From the NCBI GenBank assembly GCA_950097015.1, contig CATNEN010000038.1, positions 22,692,001-22,756,000 of the forward strand: DNA of 64,000 nucleotides, written 5' to 3'. How positions within the stretch are numbered: the stretch's first letter is position 1; each line of letters begins with the position of its first letter. Both the position numbers and the translations under genes were made by a program. Shown here piece after piece: positions 23,641-35,291 of the stretch. This stretch comes from Macrostomum hystrix (Eukaryota > Animalia > Platyhelminthes). The notes under the pieces were generated by a model. That model did no database searches and had not been told where the DNA came from. It was given only the letters and a program-made list of their open reading frames with translations.

Positions 23641-24514
23641 CTAAAAAGTAGATTAAAACTGCCTAACAGGTAAATATTCCGGTCTAAGAGGTAGTTATTA
23701 ACATGTTACTTTTAAACTGACTAAGATATTGTATATTGATTTAGTGCTGATTAACGCTATCTGAAATCTGAAATTTCGGTGATTTACTTTTTTTCCTGTT
23801 CCCTAAGCATGTAGATCGCACTGGTGAGTGAGTGAACAGGAAAAATTCCTTAGGGAATTAGTCACCGCCCAGACAAATAAACTCCTACTATTTTTTGCGA
23901 GATTAACACAAGTTTAGTAATGGCCTAAAAATAGATCACTGTACATTTGTGACTCACTAAGGGGGTAGCAGTGTGTGGGGAATAACTGCCCAAATCCCAT
24001 AAATTTGTACACTTATAAGATAGATCGAACAAAGTCAATAAGAGAGATATAGTAACTGAAAATGAGGAGTATAGTTAAATGTCATATTTTTGCTTCGGTT
24101 CCTGGGGAAGGAATTTTAACACAGGAATTATATAGAAAGAGACAAATCCCCACATCCTCACTCTCATTGGATAAAAGGGATTACGGATTAGAATTTTATG
24201 AAAGAAAGAAAGAATTTTGCCAGCTTTTTTTTCTAACTTAACTACCTGACTATGTTAAGGGGGGTTAACTGAAAATATTCAGAACGATCGTCTTTTGTGT
24301 CAGCAATGGTAGAGCAGAGATGAATCATCGTTTCATACACACACAGAAATCTGAATGTAAACATTCATGCTTAGCGGTGCCCATTTAATCTGCTTTGTTT
24401 AAGAGAAGGAAGGATATTAGCTTTGTCTAATATTGCACAGATGGCACAGTATCGTTTCAGCGCCAATAATAAAATAATACCAGCTTGTAAATTGTAATAT
24501 GATAACATATAGTA

Positions 24515-24760
24515 ACACCTGTCTAATAATTCGATACGCCTGTCTAACAGTTCTAGACACCTGTCTAACAGTTCTAGACACCTGTCTAACAGTTTGATAA
24601 ACCTGTCTAACAGTTTGATAAACCTGTCTAACAGTTTGATAAACCTGTCTAACAGTTTGATAAACCTGTCTAACAGTTCGATACACTTGTCTAACAGGTT
24701 GTTACTTAATTCTAACTGTTCAATGCACTTGTCTAACAGTTCGACACCTGTCTAATAGAT
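24515..24760. repeat. 21-bp repeat (acctgtctaacagtttgataa)n, related to the 21975 array
   Basis: Shared ctgtctaacag core. Confidence 0.85.
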
Positions 24761-25070
24761 TATATTGTTTTTTTGAAGCTATGCTTCTCAAAAGCCGTAC
24801 GATCCGTTGTGAATAAAACCTTTTTTGTTTAGAATTAAAAAATGTTGACTGTCATTAAAAAGTAAAAAATTGTTTTATCGTATTCGATTTCTAGCACATG
24901 CTCTCGATACTACTGCGAGTAAAAAGTAAAGTTTTTATTAGTCAGTTCTAATTCTGACTCAAGAAATTCTTCAACGCGTCTAATTTCGAACAGATTTGCG
25001 TATATTAAAGAGCTTAAGCTATATATAGATGTGCACCAACTGCATAAGTTATAAGTTATTGACGTATAAG

Positions 25071-25865
25071 TTATTTCCGTTTATTTATTTCTCTAGACAT
25101 AGACTAAATAAACGGAAATAATATATTTATACCCCGTTCAGCAGATTGCTCACTGGGGTGTGACCATAGACGAAGTAAAATTAAAAAAGCTTGTCATGCC
25201 TGTCATGCAACAGGCAATGGAAACCCGATGATCGCTCGGAATGGTTTACAAGGACTCCGATTGGACGGCATACGTTGGCCGAAACTGTGAAGTCGCTTGT
25301 GACGAAGGTGGCTCCGGACGACACTACTCGCTACACTAACCAGTCGCTACACTACACTGACTGTTTTACACGATGCTGGTGTACCGCGCCAGTTTATCGC
25401 ACGGCACACGGGCCATAGTAGCTCTGCTCTAGAGCGATACATCGATGTTTCGATGACTTAGCAGAAGCGCTTCAGTACAATTCTGTCCCGTTCTGTCCAG
25501 GTGAAGGAAGGCGAAGAGACGCGCGGTGCGTGACCACTGCTAGCACCTCTGCGGTGGTGGGATCTGGAGACGTCGAGAGGCATCAAGAGGGGCCTGCCAA
25601 TGGACAGCCACTAGCGAAGAAGATGCTTGTGGAGTTGTGCGGTGAGACGAATCGTGTAGTTGTCTACTTTGATTGAGCTGCTTTGTTATGACCCATTCAC
25701 TAACTTTAAACGGAAAAGTTTGTGTTATTTATTTGTTCATAACATTGTAATCTGTTGTCTACAATATTATTATTATAAACATAGACAAAATAGAAAAAAT
25801 TCGTTATTCGTGCGTCTAATTTATTTGGATCGTTTATTTGGAGCGGCCAAAGGGGTATAAATATC
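25071..25865 (+). mobile_element. Crypton-like (tyrosine recombinase/DUF3504) non-autonomous relic
   Basis: WFTRTPIGRHTLAETVKSLV..RYTNQSL (frame 3), then after a frameshift at ~25350 TTLTVLHDAGVPRQFIARHTGHSSSALERY (25351-25440): the degenerate HxxR box, TGH and catalytic Tyr. 17-bp hairpin arms at 25071-25087 and 25105-25121; inverted atatttatacccc/ggggtataaatat at ~25123 and ~25852. Confidence 0.7.
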
Positions 25866-26184
25866 GCTTCTTTATCTTACGCGCTAGGCATCTACTGGGA
25901 CGCAAGTGCTTGTGATGACATTGCTCGCCACCGAACCTCCGAAGTTCCGAGCGTCTCTGAATTGAGTAGGCCTGAAGCATCGCTTTCTTCTTCGTGTGCC
26001 TCTGATATGATGCAGTGCTCGACATATTAACGCGATTTCGTAGCTATAGCCGCTCCAATCCACGACACAATGTCCCATAAGCTGGTAGTGCGTGGTCTGA
26101 TGATGCCTGCAATCAATTTCGACAGCATTGCATAACCTATCAGGCTCTCCCGGAAAGAGCCATCGATACACGGCTAGACGTCAA

Positions 26185-26445
26185 GTGGCGCTTGATGTCC
26201 CGTGATGTCCCATTGACGGTGCATATTTGTCAATTGTCTAAGGCGCTTGATGTCCCGTTGACGGCGCTAGATGTCTCGTTGACGGCGCTAGATGTCTCGT
26301 TGACGGCGCTTGATGTTCCCGTTGACGGCGCTTGATGTTCCCGTTGACGGCGCTTGATGTTCCCGTTGACGGCGCTTGATGTCCGGTTGACGGTGCTTGA
26401 TGTTTTATCGACGGCGCTCAATCATGTCCCGTTGACTGCGCTCGA
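26185..26445. repeat. 20-21 bp repeat (gttgacggcgcttgatgtccc)n
   Basis: Direct tandem units. Confidence 0.9.
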
Positions 26446-26869
26446 TTCGCAATTCGGGATTCATCGATCTAATCTACAATGATATTGAGAGCAAGATGAC
26501 TTGCCGGAATGATCCGAGCCGATTTGGATTTACTAATTGGGGGTGTGGATTAATTGACTTAAGGGAGATAGCTTTTGGGGAAAAGATCGTTTTTTATTTA
26601 TGGAAAGAATAGCAGGAGGAACGGAATATTTGATGTCCCAGATGGAAAGAGTAATAAAATTGTTTGTGCAACCTTTGTGACTCACTAACCGCAGTTATAG
26701 ATAAAGACTTTGGTGGGTGTGCGTTGCGTGCGTGAGACGTAAGGTGGGCCGGTGGTCGTGGCTGCATCGTTTGGTTGTCGCTGTATTTAGCTGGTCACTT
26801 TGACTCCGTTGCGACTCTCTCCATTGCGGATTTTTTGACCCAGCATATAATCTGTGCGATATACGGAAG

Positions 26870-27025
26870 CATGACAATTGCCTGCACAATTGATTGCGCG
26901 ACAACTGATTGCGTGAAGACCAGTTGCCTGCGCGACAGCTGACTGCACGACAACTAACTGCGGTGACAGCTGACTGGATGACAACTGCCTGCGCGACAAC
27001 TGACTGCTCGGCGACAACTGACCAG
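26870..27025. repeat. Degenerate ~15-bp repeat (gcgacaactgactgc)
   Basis: Repeated acaactga/acagctga motifs; may be the subterminal repeat of a DNA transposon (unverified). Confidence 0.55.
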
Positions 27026-29171
27026 TTTGCTTTATTGTTATTACGTACAAATCAACACTATTATTACGATGATTAAGTACCATAGCACTATTCATCTAGA
27101 CAATATAAAATACCAGGCAAATAAAAAGCTCAAGTATAAATGGGTTATTATTTTAGTGTATCAGGAATCTGAATCGTCATTACTTTGCACCTCATACGAA
27201 AAAACATTGCTGGTGCCCGAGTGCAAATTAGTTTTGATTAAAAAAATATAATTTTTAGTAAACTAAAAAAAAATAATATAATCTGTAAAGACATAGTATC
27301 TACGAACCAAAGGGGACAAGCATATACTATATAACATTCGTTAACATTTAAGAACTTTTCAAAGTAAGTTGATTTTCTACGAACCTGATTCTCGTGCTCA
27401 TCCCGTCAAGCAAGCCCGTCAAAGTGTAGCAATTTGTTGCCTTTTTTGCCAACAAGCATTAATTTTAGCCTATCTAGATAGCCATTCGTTAAGGACTGTC
27501 TGCTGGTATAAAACCTGCAGTGCAGTGTACATGCAAAATTGTGTATTGCTTCTATAAAAGTTATAAAAGAATTACATCGCTTCGATTTCTTTATACTCTG
27601 GCCTCTTACAACCTGCAAGTAATGTCGCAAAATAAAGTAAAATGGGTGCAGCTGAAGTTCCTAACCGCGATTCGTCTTATTCTTGTACTTTTTACCCGAC
27701 TATGTACAATTAGTTCCTTCTTCATTAAGAAGCAGTGCCGCCAAGTATGTTTTTATTTTTTTCAGGACATGGTCTATATTATAGGCCTAACTTGACTTCA
27801 AACAGTTTTTCTTTTTTTGGTACAATAAAGTATTTGGTACTAGTGAAAAATATAGTGATAGCCTAAGTCAATTTGTCAGAACCTTAACAATTAACCAATG
27901 GTCTGAATCATGCAGAGTGCACACCTGAAAAAAGTGTGAGGCTAGAGTGCATACTAAAAATGTTTGTTTTGCATGCTTGAAAGTTGAAAGAGTGTAAAAA
28001 ATCTATAAATAAATAGGAAATGAAACAATGTTAATTTTCTCTTGTCAACAACCTTTTTTGCTTGGTACTATTAGTCATTAATGGATACATGTGTTATACA
28101 AACCTAAGGACTTAATGTTCATACCAAGATACAATAATTTAATCTATGGCAAGTGCATGCCAACCATACATATGCCAGATTAGGCAGGCAACACCAATGC
28201 ACATCCCAATTTTTAGGCATATACTACATGATCTAGACAATAGCAATTTATAAACATGTTTTAGAATAATCATGTTAGTAGCTTAACCTTCACTGGGAAT
28301 AACTATCTTATAAGTATAGCAATAGTACATATTATAATAGATAACTTGTGCAATATTCTAGCACATTTTTGCATGTAGCAATCAATAGGCCCTATCTTAT
28401 ATCTAAGGGGCTATGCTGCGCTATTCTTGTACATTTGCAACCTCCAAAATCTAAGCTAGACATACATGTGCAATAGCCTGCTGATCCAGCCAAATTGGCT
28501 AAATAAAATGAGGGCCATTGGGCCAAGCAAAGTAAGTTGCAAAAATCAATAGACAAAAGGCAAAAAATCTAGGGTGGACCAAGGGACAAAGAGGGAACAA
28601 AGAAAGCACAAAGAAGAGAGAGAAAATCAGAGAAAGAGAAGAAAGAAGAGAAGAACTTTTGTTATTGTTTTCTTTGTGGCTTCCTTCTTTGTTTAATTCT
28701 CTTTTTGTCCTTGTCCCCTATTAAATTTAAACCTCCTTGTGAGTGGCTAGTCTTGTGAGTTTTATGCTAGAATAAGTGAGCTTATCTGCTGTAGCTATAA
28801 GCTACTCTATCTTATCAGCAAACCAAAGCCATAGGTAGTTTCAAAAGTTTTAAATATATTAGCTAGCTTAAATAATGTAAGAGACATAGTAGGAAAATCA
28901 TCTCATTATTAGCTTAAGTTTGTAACTTATTTACTTATAGCATGAAATGGAGCAATTACTAAAATATTCTAATACCTAAAACTTGCTGTTAATTTTTGTA
29001 TAACTTATAGATTAAAAAATTAAAATATCTATAGGCCTAAGTTGAAATTAGCATTGTGATCAGTAGCTTGGCTTATATACAATGCATTAATGTATGCATT
29101 GTATGCCGTTTAGGTAGGGTTAAACTCCAAATCACAGTAGTAGTGTATAGTGCCTAATTGTTAGGCCTACT

Positions 29172-32122
29172 ATGTCAGGGCAGGTGAGTCTACATCTGGT
29201 GTGTGTGTGCCTATATATACCATGCATCAGCGCCCATAGACATGCAATTATAATTATGTTAATTATTATATTAGTAAAATATAAGCATCAATAATGTAGA
29301 TAAGTATATGTTACACCATAAATTTTCATTTATTTTGTGCATCTATTCTATAGTATTATATTTGATATTAATTATAATTCAATATTTTATTCTATACCTA
29401 GGTAATGTTAACAAAGTATTAGAAATAGTTCATCTTGGTTTTGGCAGGCCCACATGCTGATGGCACTCCTGATGCACTCCTGTAATATAAAGTACAAAAA
29501 TGTACAATACATATTATAAAATACACATTCTTTCACTAGAAAATATCACCCTTTGTAGATCCAGCAGCATAGAACAATTCGATATGACATTGCACCCCTG
29601 TCACCACATTCGAAGCTGAGGCTAAGCAAGTTGTCTTTTACTATTTGTAATTTCTATAACATAATACATAAATATGTTAATTAAATATTTTTAACAATAC
29701 ATTTTTAGGTCGAGTTAGGCGAAAAATTTTAGTTCTGGATCTAGACGAGACCTTGATACATTCGCAGCATGATGGATTAGTACAAACTGGAACTCAATCT
29801 AGGACACCGTTTGATTTCTCTGTGCAGGCAAGGCATCTACTGAGTTGATAGAGCTAGTATCAGTGGGATGAGATCTAAATCTAACTGTAATCCCAATCCG
29901 ATCTCAGATCGATCCCAAATCCCTGATTCCAATCGGATCCTAAAAGATCCCAAATCCTTGATCCCAGATCCTTATCTGATCCTAAATCCCCGTCTAAACC
30001 CATGATCGAGCCCTAATCCCAATTTAATCCCTGATCGAGCGATAATCCCAATCTAATCCCTGATCGAGCCCTAATCCCAATCTGATCCCTGATCGAGCCC
30101 TAATCCCAATCTGAGCCCTTATCTAGCCATAATCCCAAATTGATTCCTGATACAGCCCTAATCTTCATCTCATCCCTGATCTTAAATAGATTTCAGATCC
30201 AAGTCATAACTTAGAACCGAGTCTGATCCCAGATCCCTATTTGATCCCAGTTCCCAACCCGACCTTAGATCAATCTAAAATCCTAGACCTCAATTCGATC
30301 GCAGTTCCCAATCTGATCCCAGATCCCCATCTGATCCCAGATCCCTATCTGATCCCAGATCTACATCTGATCCCGGATCCCCATCTGATCCCGGATCCCT
30401 ATCTGATCCCAGATCCCTATCTGATTCCAGATCTACATCTGATCCCGGATCCCCATCTGATCCCGGATCCCCATCTGATCCCAGATCCCTATATGATCCC
30501 AGATCCCTATCTGATCCCAGATCCCCATCTGATGCCAGATCCCCATCTGACGCAGATAATAGAAAAATTCATATTCCAGGTTCGAATCGAGCGGCACAAT
30601 GTTCGATTCTTTGTCCACAAACGGCCGCACGTTGATTTCTTCTTAGACGTTGTCAGCCAATGGTTCGATTTAGTGATTTTCACAGCTTCTCTGCAGATCT
30701 ACGGCGAAGCGGTTTCTAACCGATTAGACAACGGTAGGAAAATTCTTCGCTGCGGATACTACCGCCAGGACTGCCAGGTGGATAACGGTGGCTATACAAA
30801 AAATCTAACTGCAATATCGCCTGACCTGGCTTCCATATTTATTTTGGACAACTCGCCCGGAGCTTATCGATTCTTTCCTGGTAAGCGAGTTTTCATACTC
30901 TTTCGTTACCATATTACCAGGGGTCATCAAACTAATTAGCTAGCGGGTCAAAGAGAAAACCTAAGAAACGATAGCGGGCCGCATTGCCTGTATAAATATG
31001 AGATAGGGAAAAAAGACACGGGAGAGATAAGACACGGGAGAGATGAGACACGGTAGAGATGAGACACGGGAGAGATGAGACACGGGAGAGATGAGACACG
31101 TGAAATGACACAGGAGAGATAAAGCACAGGAGAGATAAGACACAGGAGAGATAAGACACAGGAGAGATAAGACACAGGAGAGATAAGACACAGGAGAGAT
31201 GAGACACAGGAGAGATGAGACACATAAGAGATAAGACACATAAGAGATAAGACACATTATGATTTTATTATTATTATTTTATAAAATATTCGCTATGAAA
31301 TTTTTCGATTCTTAGACCATAAATCGCATATTTTAAATCCCAAAAACGTTGGATCCTAGATCCCAGAATCCTTTCCACATTTTTAATGTCAAACAAAATC
31401 TTTCTGACAAGCGAGATCCCTAAAAATACTTTTTACAAATGTCCCATCCCAGATGGGGATCCGGGATCAGATGTTGATTTGGGATCAGATAAGGATCCCT
31501 GATCCCGAAAATCATTATAACAACACTAAATCCTAGACCCTGGACCTGAAAGAGTTTTTGGTTAATAAAAAATAGTAATTGATTACACCTGCCCCAATCG
31601 GGCCAGATTTGCAGCCGACAGCACAGCCGCAGCTATTGTGCGTCGCATCTGAAGGCTGCGTACGGCTGTTCAGTCCATGGACTGGGGGGACGCCACACCC
31701 ACCTTCAATTATCCCAGCTAATGCAGGTACCCATTTAACAGCTGAGGTGAACCGAAGCAATACAGAGTCAAGTGTCTTGCTAAAGGACACAAATTGTACA
31801 AGTGGAGTCGGGATTCGAACCCCCGACCTTGAAGTCGTAAATTCCGACGCCCTGATCCCTAGTCTAAAACCCCGTACTTTTTTGGTTAAGAGTATTAAAA
31901 CATCTGATGTCTGACTGAAAAAGCGTTTGAAATTCTCCAGAAAAAAAACAAACTTCTTTGATCATCTTGCACTCACGCTTTACAGACAACGCCATCCCGA
32001 TTGAGTCTTGGTTCTCAGACAGTTCAGACACTGCTCTGCTGTCCCTACTACCAATGTTGGATTCGATGCGTTTTGTTAGTGATGTGCGCAGTGTTCTGAG
32101 CCGAAAGTTGCACAGAACTTGA
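29172..32122 (+). CDS. CTDNEP1: CTD nuclear envelope phosphatase 1 (Dullard); 5' exon(s) uncertain
   Basis: Confident exons 29559-29625, 29709-29827, 30580-30880 and 31986-32122 encode [30 protein letters not shown] (HAD DxDxT), [30 protein letters not shown] and [38 protein letters not shown]. The start at 29172 (ATG TCA GGG CAG|gtgagt) is tentative. Confidence 0.88.
29880..30550. repeat. 18-bp minisatellite (atctgatcccagatcccc)n plus degenerate flank, in CTDNEP1 intron
   Basis: Tandem units; source of the IPDPHL artefact N-terminus of ORF 30241. Confidence 0.9.
31000..31256. repeat. GAGATAAGACACAGG-family minisatellite
   Basis: Tandem 16-bp units. Confidence 0.9.
31602..31873 (-). mobile_element. 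tRNA-derived SINE with CORE-like and Nin/Deu-like central segments
   Basis: Minus strand has a tRNA-like head with B box GGTTCGAATCC (31811-31821), ttgtgtcctttagcaagacacttga (CORE-like), cacctcagctgttaaatgggtacctg (Nin/Deu-like), and an ~85-bp 3' tail shared with the element at 38472. Confidence 0.8.
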
Positions 32123-32711
32123 ATAATAGACCAACTTTATCTGTCGAAATTGATTTGCTTATTTAAAAAGTAATGAATAAGCAATGTTCATGTTCATTGG
32201 CTGCCTTTTATTAACAACAATATTGGCCCCTAAAGAAGAAAACTGAAATCAGCTTTACTACTTTTAGTAATTAGTGTGCGGTTTTATCTTCAACCATTTT
32301 TATTGAGGTAGTGGAAAGTTTGATTAAAAGTACACGTTTTCAAAGATTACATTTGTCGCCTTATAATTATTACTTATCAGTAGTCACAGAGCGTAATTGC
32401 CAATTTTTTGTGCTGCATTTTTTAATTTATTGTGATCTAATTCCAATTTATTTAGTTTTGAAAATATTTTCAATTAATTTATTTCATTTCCCCCTAGCTG
32501 TTGTCTATTTTACCTAATCAAAAAAATCAGGGCTGGATAAATAATCTAAAATTTCTGCTTTTAAATATACTTCGTTTTAGTGCATACACATTTAATTTTA
32601 TTTAACTTTGCTGCTGCTTAATAAATGTGATGCGAAATATCTCTCATTGTTCTGCGCCATTTCATAATTATATAATTGCTATTGCTTGTAGTAGAATTAC
32701 CCGAACTTTCC

Positions 32712-33265
32712 CAAACTCAGATCCCAATACAGTTTCTGATCCCAGGTCGCAATACAGTCTCTTGATCCCAGATCCAAATACAGTTTCTTGATCCCAGATC
32801 CCAATACAGTTTCTTGATCCCAGATCCCAGTACAGTTTCTTGATCCCAGATCCCAATACAGTCTCTTGATCCCAGATCCCAGTACAGTTTTTTGATCCCA
32901 GATCCCAATACAGTCTCTTGATCCCAGATCCCAGTACAGTTTCTTGATCCCAGATCCCAATACAGTCTCTTGATCCCAGATCCCAGTACAGTTTCTTGAT
33001 CCGAGATCCAAATACAGTTTCTGATCCCTGGTCGCAATACAGTTTCTTGATCCCAGATCCCAGTACAGTTTCTTGATCCCAGATCCCAATACAGTCTCTT
33101 GATCCCAGATCCCAATACAGTTTCTTGATACCAGATCTCAGTACAGTTTCTTGATCCCAGATCCCAATACAGTCTCTTGATCCCAGATCCCAGTGCAGTT
33201 TCTTGATCCAATACCGTTTTTGATCCTGGATCTAAAATACATTATCTGATCCCAGACCCCAAAAT
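32712..33265. repeat. 26-bp minisatellite (ttgatcccagatcccaatacagtttc)n
   Basis: Direct tandem units. Confidence 0.93.
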
Positions 33266-33639
33266 AATCTCCCATATTACATCCAAGTGAGCTGTGTCTG
33301 TCCAGATCCCAGTGTAGTGTATAATCCCATGCTAAAAACTGCTTCTGATCCTTTTTGGGATGCAATAATCAAACAAACTTTGACCACGGCCGATTTTGTC
33401 GCATGTATTAACAAAATTGCAAACGATAGTGTGTAACGCAATACAATATAAAATTTGGTTAACAAAACATTTCCGCTGAATTTAATTTTCCGAAAATAGA
33501 ATTCCACGTTGTCACTTTTGTGTGACAAAATCATTTGGTTGCTAAGATTTTTTATGGATTTCTGTTTTATTTAAATTTATAATTTTAACATAAAAATCTT
33601 TCACAAGGGTCTACCCCTTTCTTATTCTTTTTAGCTATT

Positions 33640-35262
33640 TTAGTTGGTCATTACCCTTTTGTTTCACAATAATTTCAGTTGGTCATTACCCTTTGGTTTC
33701 CCACTCATTTCAGTTGATCATTTACCATAGGTAAATGACTCTTTCGTCATTTACTGTCGAAAGAGTTGGTCATTACTCTTTCGTTTCCCACATATATTAG
33801 TTGGTCATTACCCTTTAGTTTCACAATCATTTCAGTTGGTCATTACCCCTTTCATTTCAGTTGGTCATTACCCTTTCACTTCAGTTGGTCATTACCCTTT
33901 CATTTCAGTTGGTCATTACCCTTTCATTTCAGTTGGTCATTACCCTTTCATTTCAGTTGGTCATACCCTTTCATTTCAGTTGGTCATACCCTTTCATTTC
34001 AGTTGGTCATACCCTTTCATTTCAGTTGGTCATTACCCTTTCATTTCAGTTGGTCATTACCCTTTCATTTCAGTTGGTCATACCCTTTCATTTCAGTTGG
34101 TCATACCCTTTCATTTCAGTTGGTCATACCCTTTCATTTCAGTTGGTCATACCCTTTCTCATTTCAGTTGGTCATTAGCCTTTCATTTCAGTTGGTCATT
34201 AGCCTTTCATTTCAGTTGGTCATTAGCCTTTCATTTCAGTTGGTCATACCCTTTCATTTCAGTTGGTCATTAGCCTTTCATTTCAGTTGGTCATTAGCCT
34301 TTCATTTCAGTTGGTCATACCCTTTCATTTCAGTTGGTCATTAGCCTTTCATTTCAGTTGGTCATTAGCCTTTCATTTCAGTTGGTCATACCCTTTCTCA
34401 TTTCAGTTGGTCATTAGCCTTTCATTTCAGTTGGTCACTACCCTTTCATTTCAGTTGGTCATTAGCCTTTAATTTCAGTTGGTCATTACCCTTTCATTTC
34501 AGTTGGTCATACCCTTTCATTTCAGTTGGTCATTAGCCTTTAATTTCAGTTGGTCATTACCCTTTCATTTTAGTTGGTCATTAGCCTTTCATTTCAGTTG
34601 GTCATATCCTTTCATTTCAGTTGGTCATTAGCCTTTAATTTCAGTTGGTCATTACCCTTTCATTTCAGTTGGTCATACCCTTTCATTTCAGTTGGTCATT
34701 AGCCTTTAATTTCAGTTGGTCATTAGCCTTTCATTTCAGTTGGTCATACCCTTTCATTTCAGTTGGTCATTAGCCTTTAATTTCAGTTGGTCATTACCCT
34801 TTCATTTCAGTTGGTCATACCCTTTCATTTCAGTTGGTCATTAGCCTTTAATTTCAGTTGGTCATTAGCCTTTCATTTCAGTTGGTCATTAGCCTTTCAT
34901 TTCAGTTGGTCATTACCCTTTCATTTCAGTTGGTCATTACCCTTTCATTTCAGTTGGTCATTAGCCTTTCATTTCAGTTGGTCATTAGCTTTTCATTTCA
35001 GTTGGTCATTAGCCTTTCATTTCAGTTGGTCATACCCTTTCATTTCAGTTGGTCATTAGCCTTTAATTTCAGTTGGTCATTACCCTTTCATTTCAGTTGG
35101 TCATACCCTTTCATTTCAGTTGGTCATTAGCCTTTAATTTCAGTTGGTCATTACCCTTTCATTTCAGTTGGTCATACCCTTTCATTTCAGTTGGTCATAC
35201 CTTTTCATTTCAGTTGGTCATTACCCTTTCATTTCAGTTGGTCATTAGCCTTTCATTTCAGT
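33640..35262. repeat. 23/24-bp minisatellite (tttcatttcagttggtcattaccc)n upstream of PRMT
   Basis: Direct tandem units, each containing tttcatttcag. Confidence 0.95.
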
Positions 35263-35291
35263 TTCCAATAATAGAATATTTCTACTTACAG

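Noticed and set aside
25870-26180. Minus-strand ORFs as a transposase fragment
   Set aside because: Short and broken, with no motif I can identify confidently.
31803-31873. Functional tRNA-Val gene
   Set aside because: The anticodon and D stems pair poorly, and it is fused to SINE body and tail sequences; treated as a SINE head.
35073-35291. N-terminal 73 aa of the 473-aa ORF as genuine PRMT sequence
   Set aside because: Derived from the minisatellite with a TTG start; relevant only if upstream acceptors are used.
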